Below are positions 16,418 to 26,171 of a stretch of 64,000 nucleotides of DNA, one piece after another (the first letter of the stretch is position 1; every line of letters begins with the position of its first letter). The notes under the pieces are model-generated. The model was not told the DNA's origin. It saw only the letters and a list, made by a program, of their open reading frames with translations, and ran no database searches. Both the position numbers and the translations under genes were made by a program. Where the stretch lies: assembly GCA_002496015.1 (NCBI GenBank), contig DAIF01000014.1, positions 891 through 64,890 on the forward strand, given 5' to 3'. The stretch is from Candidatus Pacearchaeota archaeon UBA73 (GTDB lineage: Archaea; Nanobdellota; Nanobdellia; Pacearchaeales; GW2011-AR1).

Positions 16418-17422
16418 CTACTGTTTATCTAAGAACTTGTCTATTTCCTCACTTAAGACCCCTACAGAATAAGATTTACGTTTATTGTCTTTAAGGATCT
16501 CCTGATCCATATCAGACATATCGTATATAGCAACACTCAAGCTATCCCCTATACCTTCTTCTATATTTTTCGGCACGCCTAGATCTAAAATTAAAACATT
16601 TCTTCTCATAGAAGATAAGTCTTCTCGTTTAATCGTTTTCTCATTTGAAGCAATACAAGTCAATATAATGTCTGCTTCTGAGATGATATGTTTAATATCA
16701 ACAAGATCAACCGCTACAATATCGAACATTTCGGCAAGCTGTTCTACTTTCGTCCTACTTCTTCCTGCAACAAAAATCTTTAAGGGAAATAGGCGAGAAA
16801 TCCTTTTGATCAGTTTTCTAGCCAGCATACCTGTGCCTATGATAAGAAAAGATGCATCATGAATAATATTAATCTTGTTCTTCGAGATTATTTCAATAGC
16901 CACATCTGCATAAGAAAAGAAACTTCCTCTCAGAGGATACTTTCTCTTTAAAGACGCGCTTTTCGTTATTACAACATCAAAGAATAAATCTAACTCTTTA
17001 TCTGTAAAGTTTCTTTCCTTGCAAGATTTGTAAGCAGATTTAACTTGCATAAAAATATCTCTCTCGCCCAATATAAAAGAGTCTAAACCGCAACAAAGTC
17101 GAATCAAATGCTTAGTTAAAGACTTCCCCGTAAATACTTCTACATTCAACTCCGTGACTTCATTAGGAATGGTTTCTTGGATTATCTCTCTGAGTAGTTC
17201 AGCGGAAAAAGAAATGCTTGGAAGATGAGAAACATAAAGTTCAAACCTATGACACGTAGCTATCAAAATAAAATTACTTCCTTTATATGCTTTTAATTTA
17301 GATAGAATTATTTCATAAAATAATTCCTCATTATCCCTAAACCACCCGTAGAGGTTATCTAATAAAAGCTTCGAAGTAATTCTATGATTAATGGACAAAC
17401 CAGTCAGCCTTCTACAACTCAT
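16418..17422 (-). CDS. hemA: Glutamyl-tRNA reductase-like protein (HemA family)
   Basis: The catalytic-Cys motif ATCHRFELY (canonical TCNRxEIY), ILGERDIFMQVK (canonical ILGExQI..QVK) and a Rossmann IIGTGMLARKL are present. The region is strongly AT-rich. Confidence 0.55.
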   Translation of the reverse strand: MSCRRLTGLSINHRITSKLLLDNLYGWFRDNEELFYEIILSKLKAYKGSNFILIATCHRFELYVSHLPSISFSAELLREIIQETIPNEVTELNVEVFTGKSLTKHLIRLCCGLDSFILGERDIFMQVKSAYKSCKERNFTDKELDLFFDVVITKSASLKRKYPLRGSFFSYADVAIEIISKNKINIIHDASFLIIGTGMLARKLIKRISRLFPLKIFVAGRSRTKVEQLAEMFDIVAVDLVDIKHIISEADIILTCIASNEKTIKREDLSSMRRNVLILDLGVPKNIEEGIGDSLSVAIYDMSDMDQEILKDNKRKSYSVGVLSEEIDKFLDKQ

Positions 17423-18159
17423 ATTATGGTAGTTTGATCAGACTTAGCAGGAACAAACTCTAAGGAAAATTTAGAATCCCATAAAAACCTCTTCTTGATA
17501 AACCTCAACATAACGAGTGTGGCTGCCGTTACTTCTTCAACAAGAGCAGTATTAACTAATATTTCCTCAAGATAGTGCTCAGTAATATCCGGTTTTATCT
17601 TGAGTTTTTTTACTTCACGTATCCAATATTGAACTGAAGGAGTAGTTTTACCATTTATGAAAAATAAGGCTTTCAATATGAAGGGCAATGCATAATAAAC
17701 CAGCCACTTTTTTGTAATATTATCATCTTGCTCGACAGAAGATATCTTCTTTTCTATCATGTCTACTCTATAAGAGAGCTTAGATTTAGTAAGATCACTT
17801 ATCTTAAACGACTTAAACCTTTTCTGTACTCTCCTCAAGAGGGTTTTACAATATTCGGAATCTTGTTCGTACACTATCTTCCCAGTTGCTAGAGCCCTTA
17901 TTAGAATTGGATCGTCATTACGCAAGCAATTCTCAAATCTTTCTTGAGAATAATAAAAACATTCCACTCTCTCCGATTTTTCCGTAGTCCAGATTTTAAC
18001 CTTGTCTGTTCCAAAAGTAATGATAAAAAAGTCATAGTCTGCATAATTCTCTTTGATAGTCTCTTCTGTTCCCGACCTACTTCCAGAGAAAAATATAGCT
18101 CTTGTATCGGATGTTTTTATTAAGTCCAGAATCCCTTCTATAAATTTAGAGTATTTCAT
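17419..18159 (-). CDS. Hypothetical protein, possible nucleotidyltransferase fold
   Basis: FFSGSRSGTEETIKENYADYDFFII resembles a GS...D.D nucleotidyltransferase motif. It overlaps hemA by 4 nt. Confidence 0.3.
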   Translation of the reverse strand: MKYSKFIEGILDLIKTSDTRAIFFSGSRSGTEETIKENYADYDFFIITFGTDKVKIWTTEKSERVECFYYSQERFENCLRNDDPILIRALATGKIVYEQDSEYCKTLLRRVQKRFKSFKISDLTKSKLSYRVDMIEKKISSVEQDDNITKKWLVYYALPFILKALFFINGKTTPSVQYWIREVKKLKIKPDITEHYLEEILVNTALVEEVTAATLVMLRFIKKRFLWDSKFSLEFVPAKSDQTTII

Positions 18160-18223
18160 AATAATATTTATTATATCATTATGTATAAAAAATTAACTTT
18201 CCTCAAGGCAGCAAGAAAATGTA

Positions 18224-19558
18224 ATGAAAAATTTATCTCAACTCGCTATTTTCAAGAATAAAGAAAATAATATATACTCTCTTAGAACTTTAATCAATAT
18301 GCAAATAAGGGATTATATAATAAAAGATTCGGCTATTACAAAAAGATTCAACAGAGATTTTTTGAATAACGAGATAAATAAAGAATATATCAAGAGAATA
18401 GATATTTATGATGGATTTTTACCAAAAATGCTATCAGAGAGATTATTCAAATACGGCGGCTATATCAAATTAAGTAAAATACAGAATAAGGAAGAAGTAT
18501 TTTACTCAGAAAAGAAGAGAACTCTTGCTGTTGCCTGTTATGCTGGAAGAGCTCGCAAAAATCACCTTATCTGGTTGATAAAGAGATTTATGAGAATAAA
18601 TGGAATGCGCTACAAAATTTCTGTCTTGAATAATGGAGGCAAATCGCAAGAACAGATAGCTAAAGAATGGATTAGCAGGCTTCCGAGACCAATACCTACA
18701 AAAATAATATTTGGATCACTACAAGGCATAAGCACATTACTTCATAGTTACGACCTACCGTCCGAAATAATAACTAACAAGAATGATTTTTCTTACTTTA
18801 TCAATTATTATAATGCCCGATTCATAGAATATTCTTCAGAGCAACACATTAAAAGTTTATTTGGAAAATTCGATAGAAAGTCTGCCTTTGATTTAGTCGA
18901 ATCCCTTCGCAAAGACCCGTTGTTTTTAGTAGATTCTAAGATACTTTGGGCAATAAGAAAAAGAAAAGATATATTTGAAAGAGGATTCCCCAAGAGTCTA
19001 AATTATATACGAGATGAATATTTAGATTATGCTTATCTTAAGATTAAAGGAAAACGCTTTTTAGTTACTGGTTATCCCTACGGGGATCAAATGGATACTG
19101 TATTGAAAATGCTAAGGAAAAAGTCTAGAATTACAGCAGTTTATTTTATAGGAAGCTGTGGTTCTCTAAAGAAAAATATCAAATTAAACGACTTAATAGT
19201 GCCAAATGCAATCTCTTACAAAGGGAGAACATTGAGCTTTAAGAATGACCTAAAAGAACTGATCGGCAGAAAATTTTGTTATGGACCATTAAAACTGTTT
19301 TGTTTTGACGGAAAATCTAAGGTAGTTGACAGCCCATTAACAGAAATGGTTACGCAATTAGAGTCTTTTGCTAAAGAAGGGTTTGTAAGCGTTGATGTGG
19401 AAGCATATCACTTGATAAGTGCAAGTAAAGGCATACCTAAGATAGGCGTGATATATTACATCTCAGACATGCCATTACATGGAAGTAATCTAACAAACTC
19501 GCCACCGAGCTATGTTGGATGGAAAACAGCAGCTACAAATTTAATCAAGATAATATAG
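18224..19558 (+). CDS. Hypothetical protein with a C-terminal PNP/UDP-type nucleoside phosphorylase-like domain
   Basis: The C-terminal 170 aa (VTGYPYGDQMD...FIGSCGSL...VSVDVEAYHL) resembles the phosphorylase-1 superfamily. The N-terminal 270 aa is unassigned. Confidence 0.35.
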   Translation: MKNLSQLAIFKNKENNIYSLRTLINMQIRDYIIKDSAITKRFNRDFLNNEINKEYIKRIDIYDGFLPKMLSERLFKYGGYIKLSKIQNKEEVFYSEKKRTLAVACYAGRARKNHLIWLIKRFMRINGMRYKISVLNNGGKSQEQIAKEWISRLPRPIPTKIIFGSLQGISTLLHSYDLPSEIITNKNDFSYFINYYNARFIEYSSEQHIKSLFGKFDRKSAFDLVESLRKDPLFLVDSKILWAIRKRKDIFERGFPKSLNYIRDEYLDYAYLKIKGKRFLVTGYPYGDQMDTVLKMLRKKSRITAVYFIGSCGSLKKNIKLNDLIVPNAISYKGRTLSFKNDLKELIGRKFCYGPLKLFCFDGKSKVVDSPLTEMVTQLESFAKEGFVSVDVEAYHLISASKGIPKIGVIYYISDMPLHGSNLTNSPPSYVGWKTAATNLIKII

Positions 19559-19613
19559 CCAAGGCAAACGCATGCAGTAAACAGAACCTAGAAACCTTTA
19601 GACAATCCCCCCC

Positions 19614-21272
19614 TTATTTATGAGTAAACCAAAATTCATAAACAACTTTTTTATTTTCTTTCTCTTTTTTATCAAGTCTACAAAAACCAAATCTCTCAAA
19701 TTGAATTAATTCTCCAACAGAAAGACTTTTCAGACCAATATCCCCAAACCCATTAATAAAATTTCCATTTGGCATAAATATTCGTACATCTACATAATCG
19801 GAAACCCATTGAATTCTCGGAACATCTTTGTTATCCACTGTAGTAAAAGTTGCATTTGGCAATCGATTTAATTGGATGTTAAAAAGATGCAAGAGCCTTA
19901 TTTCCTTGCCAGAGAATTCTTCAAAATCCTCACGGGATATATAAATCTGACCAACTTTAAGTTTTCTGGTATCATCAAAGTCCGGATGAACTTTAAGTTC
20001 AACTTCAGATACATTAGGACGATTATTAACTATTAATCCTATGGGATTCTGAACAAAAAAGTACCTCTTTGCCCGCGCATCGATTATTTTTCGGTTAATA
20101 GACGCGATCATATCGAAATCAAGATTTACTTGATGTCTAGACAGTCCAACTTGCTCAACAAGTCCGTAAATTGCTTCTTTCGTTATTCCCCTCCTCCTTA
20201 ACGCTCTCAGAGTGATAAGCCTCGGATCATCCCATCCGACTAGCTCACCAGATTCGACTAGCTCCCGAATTTCTCTGCCCTGAGTAGTAAAATCAATGAC
20301 ATTAAATCGACCATACTGAATAATCTTTTGCTTTCGAAGTCCAAGCAAATCTTTAATTTTATCCTGAAGTTCAATTCTCAGATCAAATTCATTACTTCGT
20401 AAAATAAGAGTCACACCCATCAAACTATCCTCGATAGGATTATAAAAATCATACATGGGCCAAACTTTATATTTATCCCCTTGTCTGTAATGCTTAACAG
20501 GTATTGCGCGAAACAAAACCGAATCCCTCATAACATGATTCTTGCTTTTCATATTTCCTTTTATCCTCAAAACCGCTTCACCCTTAGTATATTTTCCATC
20601 AACAAACTTTTTCCATTCATCTAAATTATTCTTCCTCGAATTTCTTCTACAGTCACAAGCTTGTCCCTTGTGTCGTAAATCCTGCATTTTATTCCTATCA
20701 CAAAAGCACATATACGCACGATTCATCCCGATAAGCTTCCTTGCATAATCATATAAAATTTCCATATCATCAGAGATAAACTTTACTCCGTCAACTTTTA
20801 TACCTAAATAATTTAAAACATCTTCTTTCATTGCATCAACATACTCCTGCGAAACCTTTTCAGGATTTGTGTCTTCGAATCTCAAAAAACACTTCCCATT
20901 ATATTTTCGAGCATATTGATAATTCAAGAGAAATGAAATAGCATGTCCTATATGGGCGTACTTAGAAGGCTCCGGTGCAATTCTGGTCACCACTTCATTT
21001 AACCCAGAAATATCGATGTCGGGCAGCATCTTATCCACAACTTCTCTTTCTTTGACAAATCCCTTAAACTTTTCAAATTCCTTTTCTCTTGCAGAAACAG
21101 ACATCTTATTTACTTCATCAACAATCTTCTGCAGCGAAGGCATTATCTTACCAATGTCTTTCTTATCCAACCCGTGATTAAACAACTTAGGCAAAACCTT
21201 ACCGACAACCGCTCTTCCATATTCAATCGCGTTCTTCAAAGCGTACGCCCACATTTCATTTTCCAGTTTCAT
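19614..21272 (-). CDS. gltX: Glutamyl-tRNA synthetase (archaeal GluRS/GlxRS type)
   Basis: Class I HIGH motif (PSKYAHIGHAISFLLN), an MKSKN (KMSKS-like) loop, and a C-terminal beta-barrel anticodon-binding domain. Confidence 0.85.
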   Translation of the reverse strand: MKLENEMWAYALKNAIEYGRAVVGKVLPKLFNHGLDKKDIGKIMPSLQKIVDEVNKMSVSAREKEFEKFKGFVKEREVVDKMLPDIDISGLNEVVTRIAPEPSKYAHIGHAISFLLNYQYARKYNGKCFLRFEDTNPEKVSQEYVDAMKEDVLNYLGIKVDGVKFISDDMEILYDYARKLIGMNRAYMCFCDRNKMQDLRHKGQACDCRRNSRKNNLDEWKKFVDGKYTKGEAVLRIKGNMKSKNHVMRDSVLFRAIPVKHYRQGDKYKVWPMYDFYNPIEDSLMGVTLILRSNEFDLRIELQDKIKDLLGLRKQKIIQYGRFNVIDFTTQGREIRELVESGELVGWDDPRLITLRALRRRGITKEAIYGLVEQVGLSRHQVNLDFDMIASINRKIIDARAKRYFFVQNPIGLIVNNRPNVSEVELKVHPDFDDTRKLKVGQIYISREDFEEFSGKEIRLLHLFNIQLNRLPNATFTTVDNKDVPRIQWVSDYVDVRIFMPNGNFINGFGDIGLKSLSVGELIQFERFGFCRLDKKEKENKKVVYEFWFTHK

Positions 21273-21346
21273 AAAATCACCAAGAAAAGGAGTTATTTAA
21301 TCCTTACCACAGCAATCTTTATATAGAAACGCAGAGAAAATAAACA

Positions 21347-22849
21347 ATGCGTGAAAAAGGAGTTCTAGAGTTAGCGGCTCAAAACGGCGAAGCCCTGACT
21401 TTCGATGATGTGCGATTAAAAACAGATTTCAGCGGAGTGATGCCTGATGACGTTTCTCTTCATTCAAGATTTTCCAGAAACGTAGGACTAAAGATTCCAA
21501 TCGTAAGCGCTGCAATGGACACCGTTACAGAATACAAACTAGCAATAACTCTCGCAGAACTCGGAGGCATTGGAGTGATACACCGAAGTCTCTCTCCGGA
21601 TGAACAAGCTTCCCAAGTTGCAAGAGCAAAACATTACTTAAACGGCAAGATTGGAGCCCCCATCACTGTCCGCACAAGCGACACAATAGAACAAATTCTA
21701 AATATGAAAGCAAGAAGAGGTTTCAGCTTCAACAGTTTCCCGGTAACAGATAATGAAGGGCGGTTAGTGGGGATATTGACCGGAAACGACTTCACATTCT
21801 GTATTAATTCTGCACTTACCGCAGAACAAGTCATGACTCGTAATCCTCTAACAGCAAACCCCGATACGACAGTAGAGCAAGCCTACGCATTAATGACCGG
21901 GCAAAAAAAGAAAGCTCTCCCGCTAATAGACGAAAAAGGACAAATAAAAGGAATGTATGTTTTCAATGATGTAAGAAGAATAATCCATGGCGAAGCCACG
22001 CATTTCAACATAGATTCGAGGGGACAGTTAAGAGTGGGCGCAGCGATAGGCGTCGGAGAAGAAGCTCTCCTCCGAGCAGAAAAACTTGTAGCAAGAAACG
22101 TTGACGTTTTGGTAATTGACACTGCTCACGCAGATTCTCGCCCGGTTTATGAAACTTTAAAAGAACTCAAGAAAACCTACCCTTCCTTAGACGTAGTAGT
22201 CGGTAATGTTTCAGAACCAGAATCTGTAAAAAGATTAGCCGATGCAGGAGCTGATGGAATTAAGATAGGACAAGGTCCCGGCTCAATATGCACTACAAGA
22301 ATTATCGCAGGAGTCGGCTGTCCACAAGTGTCCGCGATTTATCAATGCGCAAAAATAGCAGACGACTTTGGAATTCCTCTTTGTGCTGACGGCGGACTAA
22401 AATATTCCGGTGATATCCCAATCGCAATTGCTGCGGGCGCCCATTCTGTTATGATGGGAAGTATGCTTGCAGGAGTTGACGAAGCTCCGGGAGAAATTGT
22501 TTTTGTAGACGGGGGACAATACAAAAGCTACCGAGGCATGGGTTCTTTGGGAGCAATGGCTGAAAGCCCAAGTGCAAGAGAAAGATATTCACAAACCGAA
22601 AGCGGCAAAGACAGGTTAGTTCCTGAAGGAGTGGAGGGCTTAGTTCCTTACAAAGGAAAACTCGCACTCGTAATACATCAATACATCGGCGGCCTGCGCA
22701 GAGGTATGGGCTACGTCGGAGCAGAAAACATTGAAGAACTAAGAGAAAAGGGAGAGTTCATGAGAATAACACAATCTGGAATGAGAGAATCTCGCCCCCA
22801 CGATATAAAACTAACAAAGGAGCCGCCAAACTATCCGGTAGGAAGGTAA
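21347..22849 (+). CDS. guaB: IMP dehydrogenase
   Basis: [12 protein letters not shown] region, a tandem CBS insert, and the catalytic loop [21 protein letters not shown]. Confidence 0.9.
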   Translation: MREKGVLELAAQNGEALTFDDVRLKTDFSGVMPDDVSLHSRFSRNVGLKIPIVSAAMDTVTEYKLAITLAELGGIGVIHRSLSPDEQASQVARAKHYLNGKIGAPITVRTSDTIEQILNMKARRGFSFNSFPVTDNEGRLVGILTGNDFTFCINSALTAEQVMTRNPLTANPDTTVEQAYALMTGQKKKALPLIDEKGQIKGMYVFNDVRRIIHGEATHFNIDSRGQLRVGAAIGVGEEALLRAEKLVARNVDVLVIDTAHADSRPVYETLKELKKTYPSLDVVVGNVSEPESVKRLADAGADGIKIGQGPGSICTTRIIAGVGCPQVSAIYQCAKIADDFGIPLCADGGLKYSGDIPIAIAAGAHSVMMGSMLAGVDEAPGEIVFVDGGQYKSYRGMGSLGAMAESPSARERYSQTESGKDRLVPEGVEGLVPYKGKLALVIHQYIGGLRRGMGYVGAENIEELREKGEFMRITQSGMRESRPHDIKLTKEPPNYPVGR

Positions 22850-24345
22850 TGGGAATAGACAAATTACTTGATGGTGTAAAAACCATTGCAGTCGTCTGCA
22901 ACCAATGGGGCGACACTGGCAAAGGCAAATTCACAGATTATCTTACTGCGGACTGGGCAGACGTTATCGCTCGCGGAACAGGCGGCAATAATGCAGGTCA
23001 TACAGTAGTAGTCAATGGCAAAGAAAAAGTATTTCATCTCCTTCCTACAGGAATCGCCCACGACTCAGCCGGAAAAATAACTATCCTTGGCAACGGCATG
23101 GTAATAGACCCGCTGGCACTCGTAGCAGAAATAGATGAACTGAACAGAGAATGTGCAACATACAATAACTTGATGATAAGCAAAGACGCTCACGCCATCA
23201 TGCCATGGCACATTGCAACAGACCGAGCAAAATACCAGAGCCAGTCAGATGGCGGCATCGGCTCAACAGGAAAGGGCATCGGCCCATGCTACGAAGACAA
23301 AATCGGAAGAAGAGGAATAACTATCGGCCATCTCCTGAACCGCGACGTCCTAGCAGAAAAAATAAAAAGAGCTAAAGAAACCCATCCGGAGCAACAAATA
23401 GATGTAGAAAAAGTTATCTCCGATTTAACTCCGGCAATAGAAAGAATAACACCTTTCGTAAGAGACACCGTCAACGAAATGCATGATTTCATAAGAGCAG
23501 GAAGACACGTTTTGCTCGAAGGAGCGCAGGGACTGCTCCTCAGCATAGAACATGGAACAGATCGTTACGTTACCTCCTCAGACTGCTCCTTAAACGGAAC
23601 TGCCTCTGGCGTTGGAATTTCTGCCAAAGCAATAGACCTCCCGTTAGGAATAGTAAAATTTCCTTTTATGACTCGGGTTGGAGCCGGGCCATTCCCGACA
23701 GAATTCGCAGGACGCGATCAGGAAGACTACTGCGCAGAGGGGCTGAAGCACGACATTTTCTACGAAGCAAAAGTATATCTTGGAATGCCTCTCGACCTGG
23801 CAGAAGTCAGAGGAGCCCAACAAAAAAGAAACCGCACCTTCCTCGAATCACTAGAAAGAGAAGTAAAGTCTTATATTGCTCAACACAGAGATAAAATTGT
23901 TGACTTATTCAACAACGGATCTGAATTTGAACAGGGAGTAGCAATCCGCCTTGCCGCAGGCGAATATGGCACCACAACAGGACGTCCAAGAAGAACTGGC
24001 TGGACAGATGCCGTAGCCGCAAGATACGCAGTCGGCATAAACGGACCGAAGTTAATACTTACAAAAGTTGATGCCTTAGCAGGCATGCGCGAATTCAACA
24101 TAACTTGCGAATACGCGATAGGAGAACATGTGACTTCTGAATTCTCAAGAGAAAGCGGGTCCTTACGACAAGTACAACCGGTTAACATCACATACAATGG
24201 TTATGGAGAAATTAGAGACATCAGAGATTATGATAACCTGCCAAGAAGTTTAAGACGGGCAATATCTGATTTCGAGCACCTAACCGGAGGCGAAGTAGTA
24301 ATAGTCTCGGTCGGCCCGGACCGCGATGAGACGATAGTCCGCTAA
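22849..24345 (+). CDS. purA: Adenylosuccinate synthetase
   Basis: GDTGKGKFTDYL P-loop, GTTGRPRRTGW, and a 1-nt overlap with guaB. Confidence 0.9.
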   Translation: MGIDKLLDGVKTIAVVCNQWGDTGKGKFTDYLTADWADVIARGTGGNNAGHTVVVNGKEKVFHLLPTGIAHDSAGKITILGNGMVIDPLALVAEIDELNRECATYNNLMISKDAHAIMPWHIATDRAKYQSQSDGGIGSTGKGIGPCYEDKIGRRGITIGHLLNRDVLAEKIKRAKETHPEQQIDVEKVISDLTPAIERITPFVRDTVNEMHDFIRAGRHVLLEGAQGLLLSIEHGTDRYVTSSDCSLNGTASGVGISAKAIDLPLGIVKFPFMTRVGAGPFPTEFAGRDQEDYCAEGLKHDIFYEAKVYLGMPLDLAEVRGAQQKRNRTFLESLEREVKSYIAQHRDKIVDLFNNGSEFEQGVAIRLAAGEYGTTTGRPRRTGWTDAVAARYAVGINGPKLILTKVDALAGMREFNITCEYAIGEHVTSEFSRESGSLRQVQPVNITYNGYGEIRDIRDYDNLPRSLRRAISDFEHLTGGEVVIVSVGPDRDETIVR

Positions 24346-24716
24346 CCAAGCCGGGAAATTTTATCTTCCAAAACTCTTATTTTATATTCCAAATCTTCTA
24401 TCTTATTTTTCAAACCCTGAATCTCAAGATTATCTCCTGAAACGCTGACAGGTTCACTCGACGACGCAGCAGCCGACGAAGCCAGCGAATCCAAAAAACC
24501 TAATGCACTCACCCCGCCCCCCGAAGAGTAACTGGGTATCCCTTCCGAAGCAACAGAAGGCGAAGGCGCAGCCGAAACACCCAAATCAACGTATCCTTGA
24601 GAATTAACTCTCACAGGCATTTCAACATTCTTTTCAGGAATGTTCAGAATCCCTTTCTTCTGCAATGTCGTAAAATCCAAAACATCAACACCCTTCTCTT
24701 TTTTAAAAATAGGCAT
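24342..24716 (-). CDS. Hypothetical protein with an S/A-rich linker and a C-terminal coiled coil
   Basis: A 124-aa ORF in which an SSGGGVSALGF...SSAAASSS linker is followed by the heptad region LEIQGLKNKIEDLEYKIRVLEDKISRL. Confidence 0.35.
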   Translation of the reverse strand: MPIFKKEKGVDVLDFTTLQKKGILNIPEKNVEMPVRVNSQGYVDLGVSAAPSPSVASEGIPSYSSGGGVSALGFLDSLASSAAASSSEPVSVSGDNLEIQGLKNKIEDLEYKIRVLEDKISRLG

Positions 24717-24767
24717 ATCAAATTAAAATAACAATTTTATTTAAACCTTCTGAAAACAACAGCAACC

Positions 24768-24775
24768 TTTAAAAA
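24768..24775 (+). promoter_or_regulatory. Putative TATA box for rps10
   Basis: TTTAAAAA lies about 22 nt upstream of the ATG at 24797. Confidence 0.3.
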
Positions 24776-24796
24776 CCAACTTTTTCTCATCTCGCA

Positions 24797-25105
24797 ATGG
24801 CAAAAGTAAGAATCAAACTCAATAGTATAGAAATCGCCCCGATTAATCAAGTTATAGAATCAATTAGAGAAATCACTCAAAGAGCCGGAGTCGTCATGAG
24901 AGGTCCGATTCCCTTGCCGACGAGAAAACTCAAAGTCACGACGAGAAAATCTCCTTGTGGTGCAGGAACTGCAACATTCGACCGATTCGAAATGCGAGTC
25001 CATCGCCGAATAATTGACATCCCTGCCGAAGACCGAATTCTCCACCCAATAATGAAACTCCAAATTCCGCGTTCTGTCCAAATCAAAATCGAGATGAAGG
25101 ATTAA
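24797..25105 (+). CDS. rps10: 30S ribosomal protein S10 (uS10)
   Basis: RIKLNSIEIAPINQVIE...GPIPLPTRKLKVTTRKSPCG is a hallmark uS10 sequence. Confidence 0.9.
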   Translation: MAKVRIKLNSIEIAPINQVIESIREITQRAGVVMRGPIPLPTRKLKVTTRKSPCGAGTATFDRFEMRVHRRIIDIPAEDRILHPIMKLQIPRSVQIKIEMKD

Positions 25106-25140
25106 ATTAAGAACAGCAAATTTGATATTATTTTAAATAT

Positions 25141-25587
25141 TTAATAGATTACAGTAACTATCGAAGGCATTTCTTGTTTTCTCGCAAGAACATCGCGGCA
25201 AGCGAGATAAAAATCCCCACCTGTGCTGCCTTGTTCAAGTTGCGCGGCTATGTCTAATATCTCTCTGGCTTTTGTTGGGTCGCGGGTGACATCTGCTTCT
25301 GCATACGGTTGATCATGAAGCATTTCTTCAAGATGCCGGACGGCCAACACCCCCCCAGATTGTCTGAGTTCTACACGATACAGTCTCGGCTGTGAAAATA
25401 TTTGTAAAGCAGCCATTCCACCAACATCAACTGTCTCTGCTCCGTTGTTTTGTAAATTAGCACGTAGGCGTTCGTGATATGTAAGCAAAACTCTTCCGGG
25501 AGAAGGATCTACCTTGACTAAAACATAATCTGTTTTAGTTCCGCCAAGAAGAATTTCTCTTTCCTGTTCTGCCGTTAATTGTTCCAT
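25141..25587 (-). CDS. Hypothetical protein in a GC-rich segment
   Basis: A 148-aa ORF with no assignable motif. Its composition matches the adjacent ThyX-like/tmk block. Confidence 0.35.
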   Translation of the reverse strand: MEQLTAEQEREILLGGTKTDYVLVKVDPSPGRVLLTYHERLRANLQNNGAETVDVGGMAALQIFSQPRLYRVELRQSGGVLAVRHLEEMLHDQPYAEADVTRDPTKAREILDIAAQLEQGSTGGDFYLACRDVLARKQEMPSIVTVIY

Positions 25588-25606
25588 GATTTTATGAATA
25601 CATCCT

Positions 25607-25665
25607 GTTTAAAAATTTAACCATTATCGGGTTTTGTTGAAAAAGTTCGAACTGCACAGAAAAAA
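25607..25665. repeat. Minimal palindromic family B element (about 50 bp)
   Basis: TTGTTGAAAAAGTTCGAACTGCACAG...AAAAATTTCAACAAG. The 5' arm matches the family B 5' consensus (GCTCTGTTGAAAAAGTAGGAACTGCAGG) and the 3' arm is its inverted repeat. Confidence 0.45.
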
Positions 25666-25721
25666 TTTCAACAAGTCGAAATCAGCTAAATCTTTAAATA
25701 ACTTAATAACAATAAAGATTA

Positions 25722-26171
25722 ATGGAAAAAGAGGAAACCAGATTTTTTCAAGATATTAACAAGTTCAATGAAATATACAAACTTCCAATCAACGAAAAAC
25801 CAACTCTTCTCGGAATCGAACGACTTGAAAATTTCAAAAATGTCTTTCAGGAAGAAGTAAACGAAATAGATGAAATCATAGCGCAATACAAAGAAAAAGA
25901 AAATTCCCTATCTGAAGAAGACAAAATCCAGCTCCTTACCGAATTATCAGACTGGCTCGGCGACATGGTAGTTTACATCGCATCCGAATGCAAAAAGCAC
26001 GGAATAGACCTCAACAAAACTCTCGAAATAATCATGCAGTCCAATTTCAGCAAACTCGATACAAACGGCAACCCAATCTACGACGAACGGGGCAAAGTTA
26101 TGAAAGGTCCAAATTACTGGAAACCCGAACCAAAAATATCCGAACACATTAAAGAAAAGCTATCTATTTAA
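25722..26171 (+). CDS. MazG-like all-alpha nucleoside triphosphate pyrophosphohydrolase
   Basis: The EEVNEIDE...EEDKIQLLTELSDWLGDMVVYIASECKKHGIDL pattern shows the metal-binding E..E...E/D arrangement of the MazG/HisE fold. Confidence 0.45.
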   Translation: MEKEETRFFQDINKFNEIYKLPINEKPTLLGIERLENFKNVFQEEVNEIDEIIAQYKEKENSLSEEDKIQLLTELSDWLGDMVVYIASECKKHGIDLNKTLEIIMQSNFSKLDTNGNPIYDERGKVMKGPNYWKPEPKISEHIKEKLSI

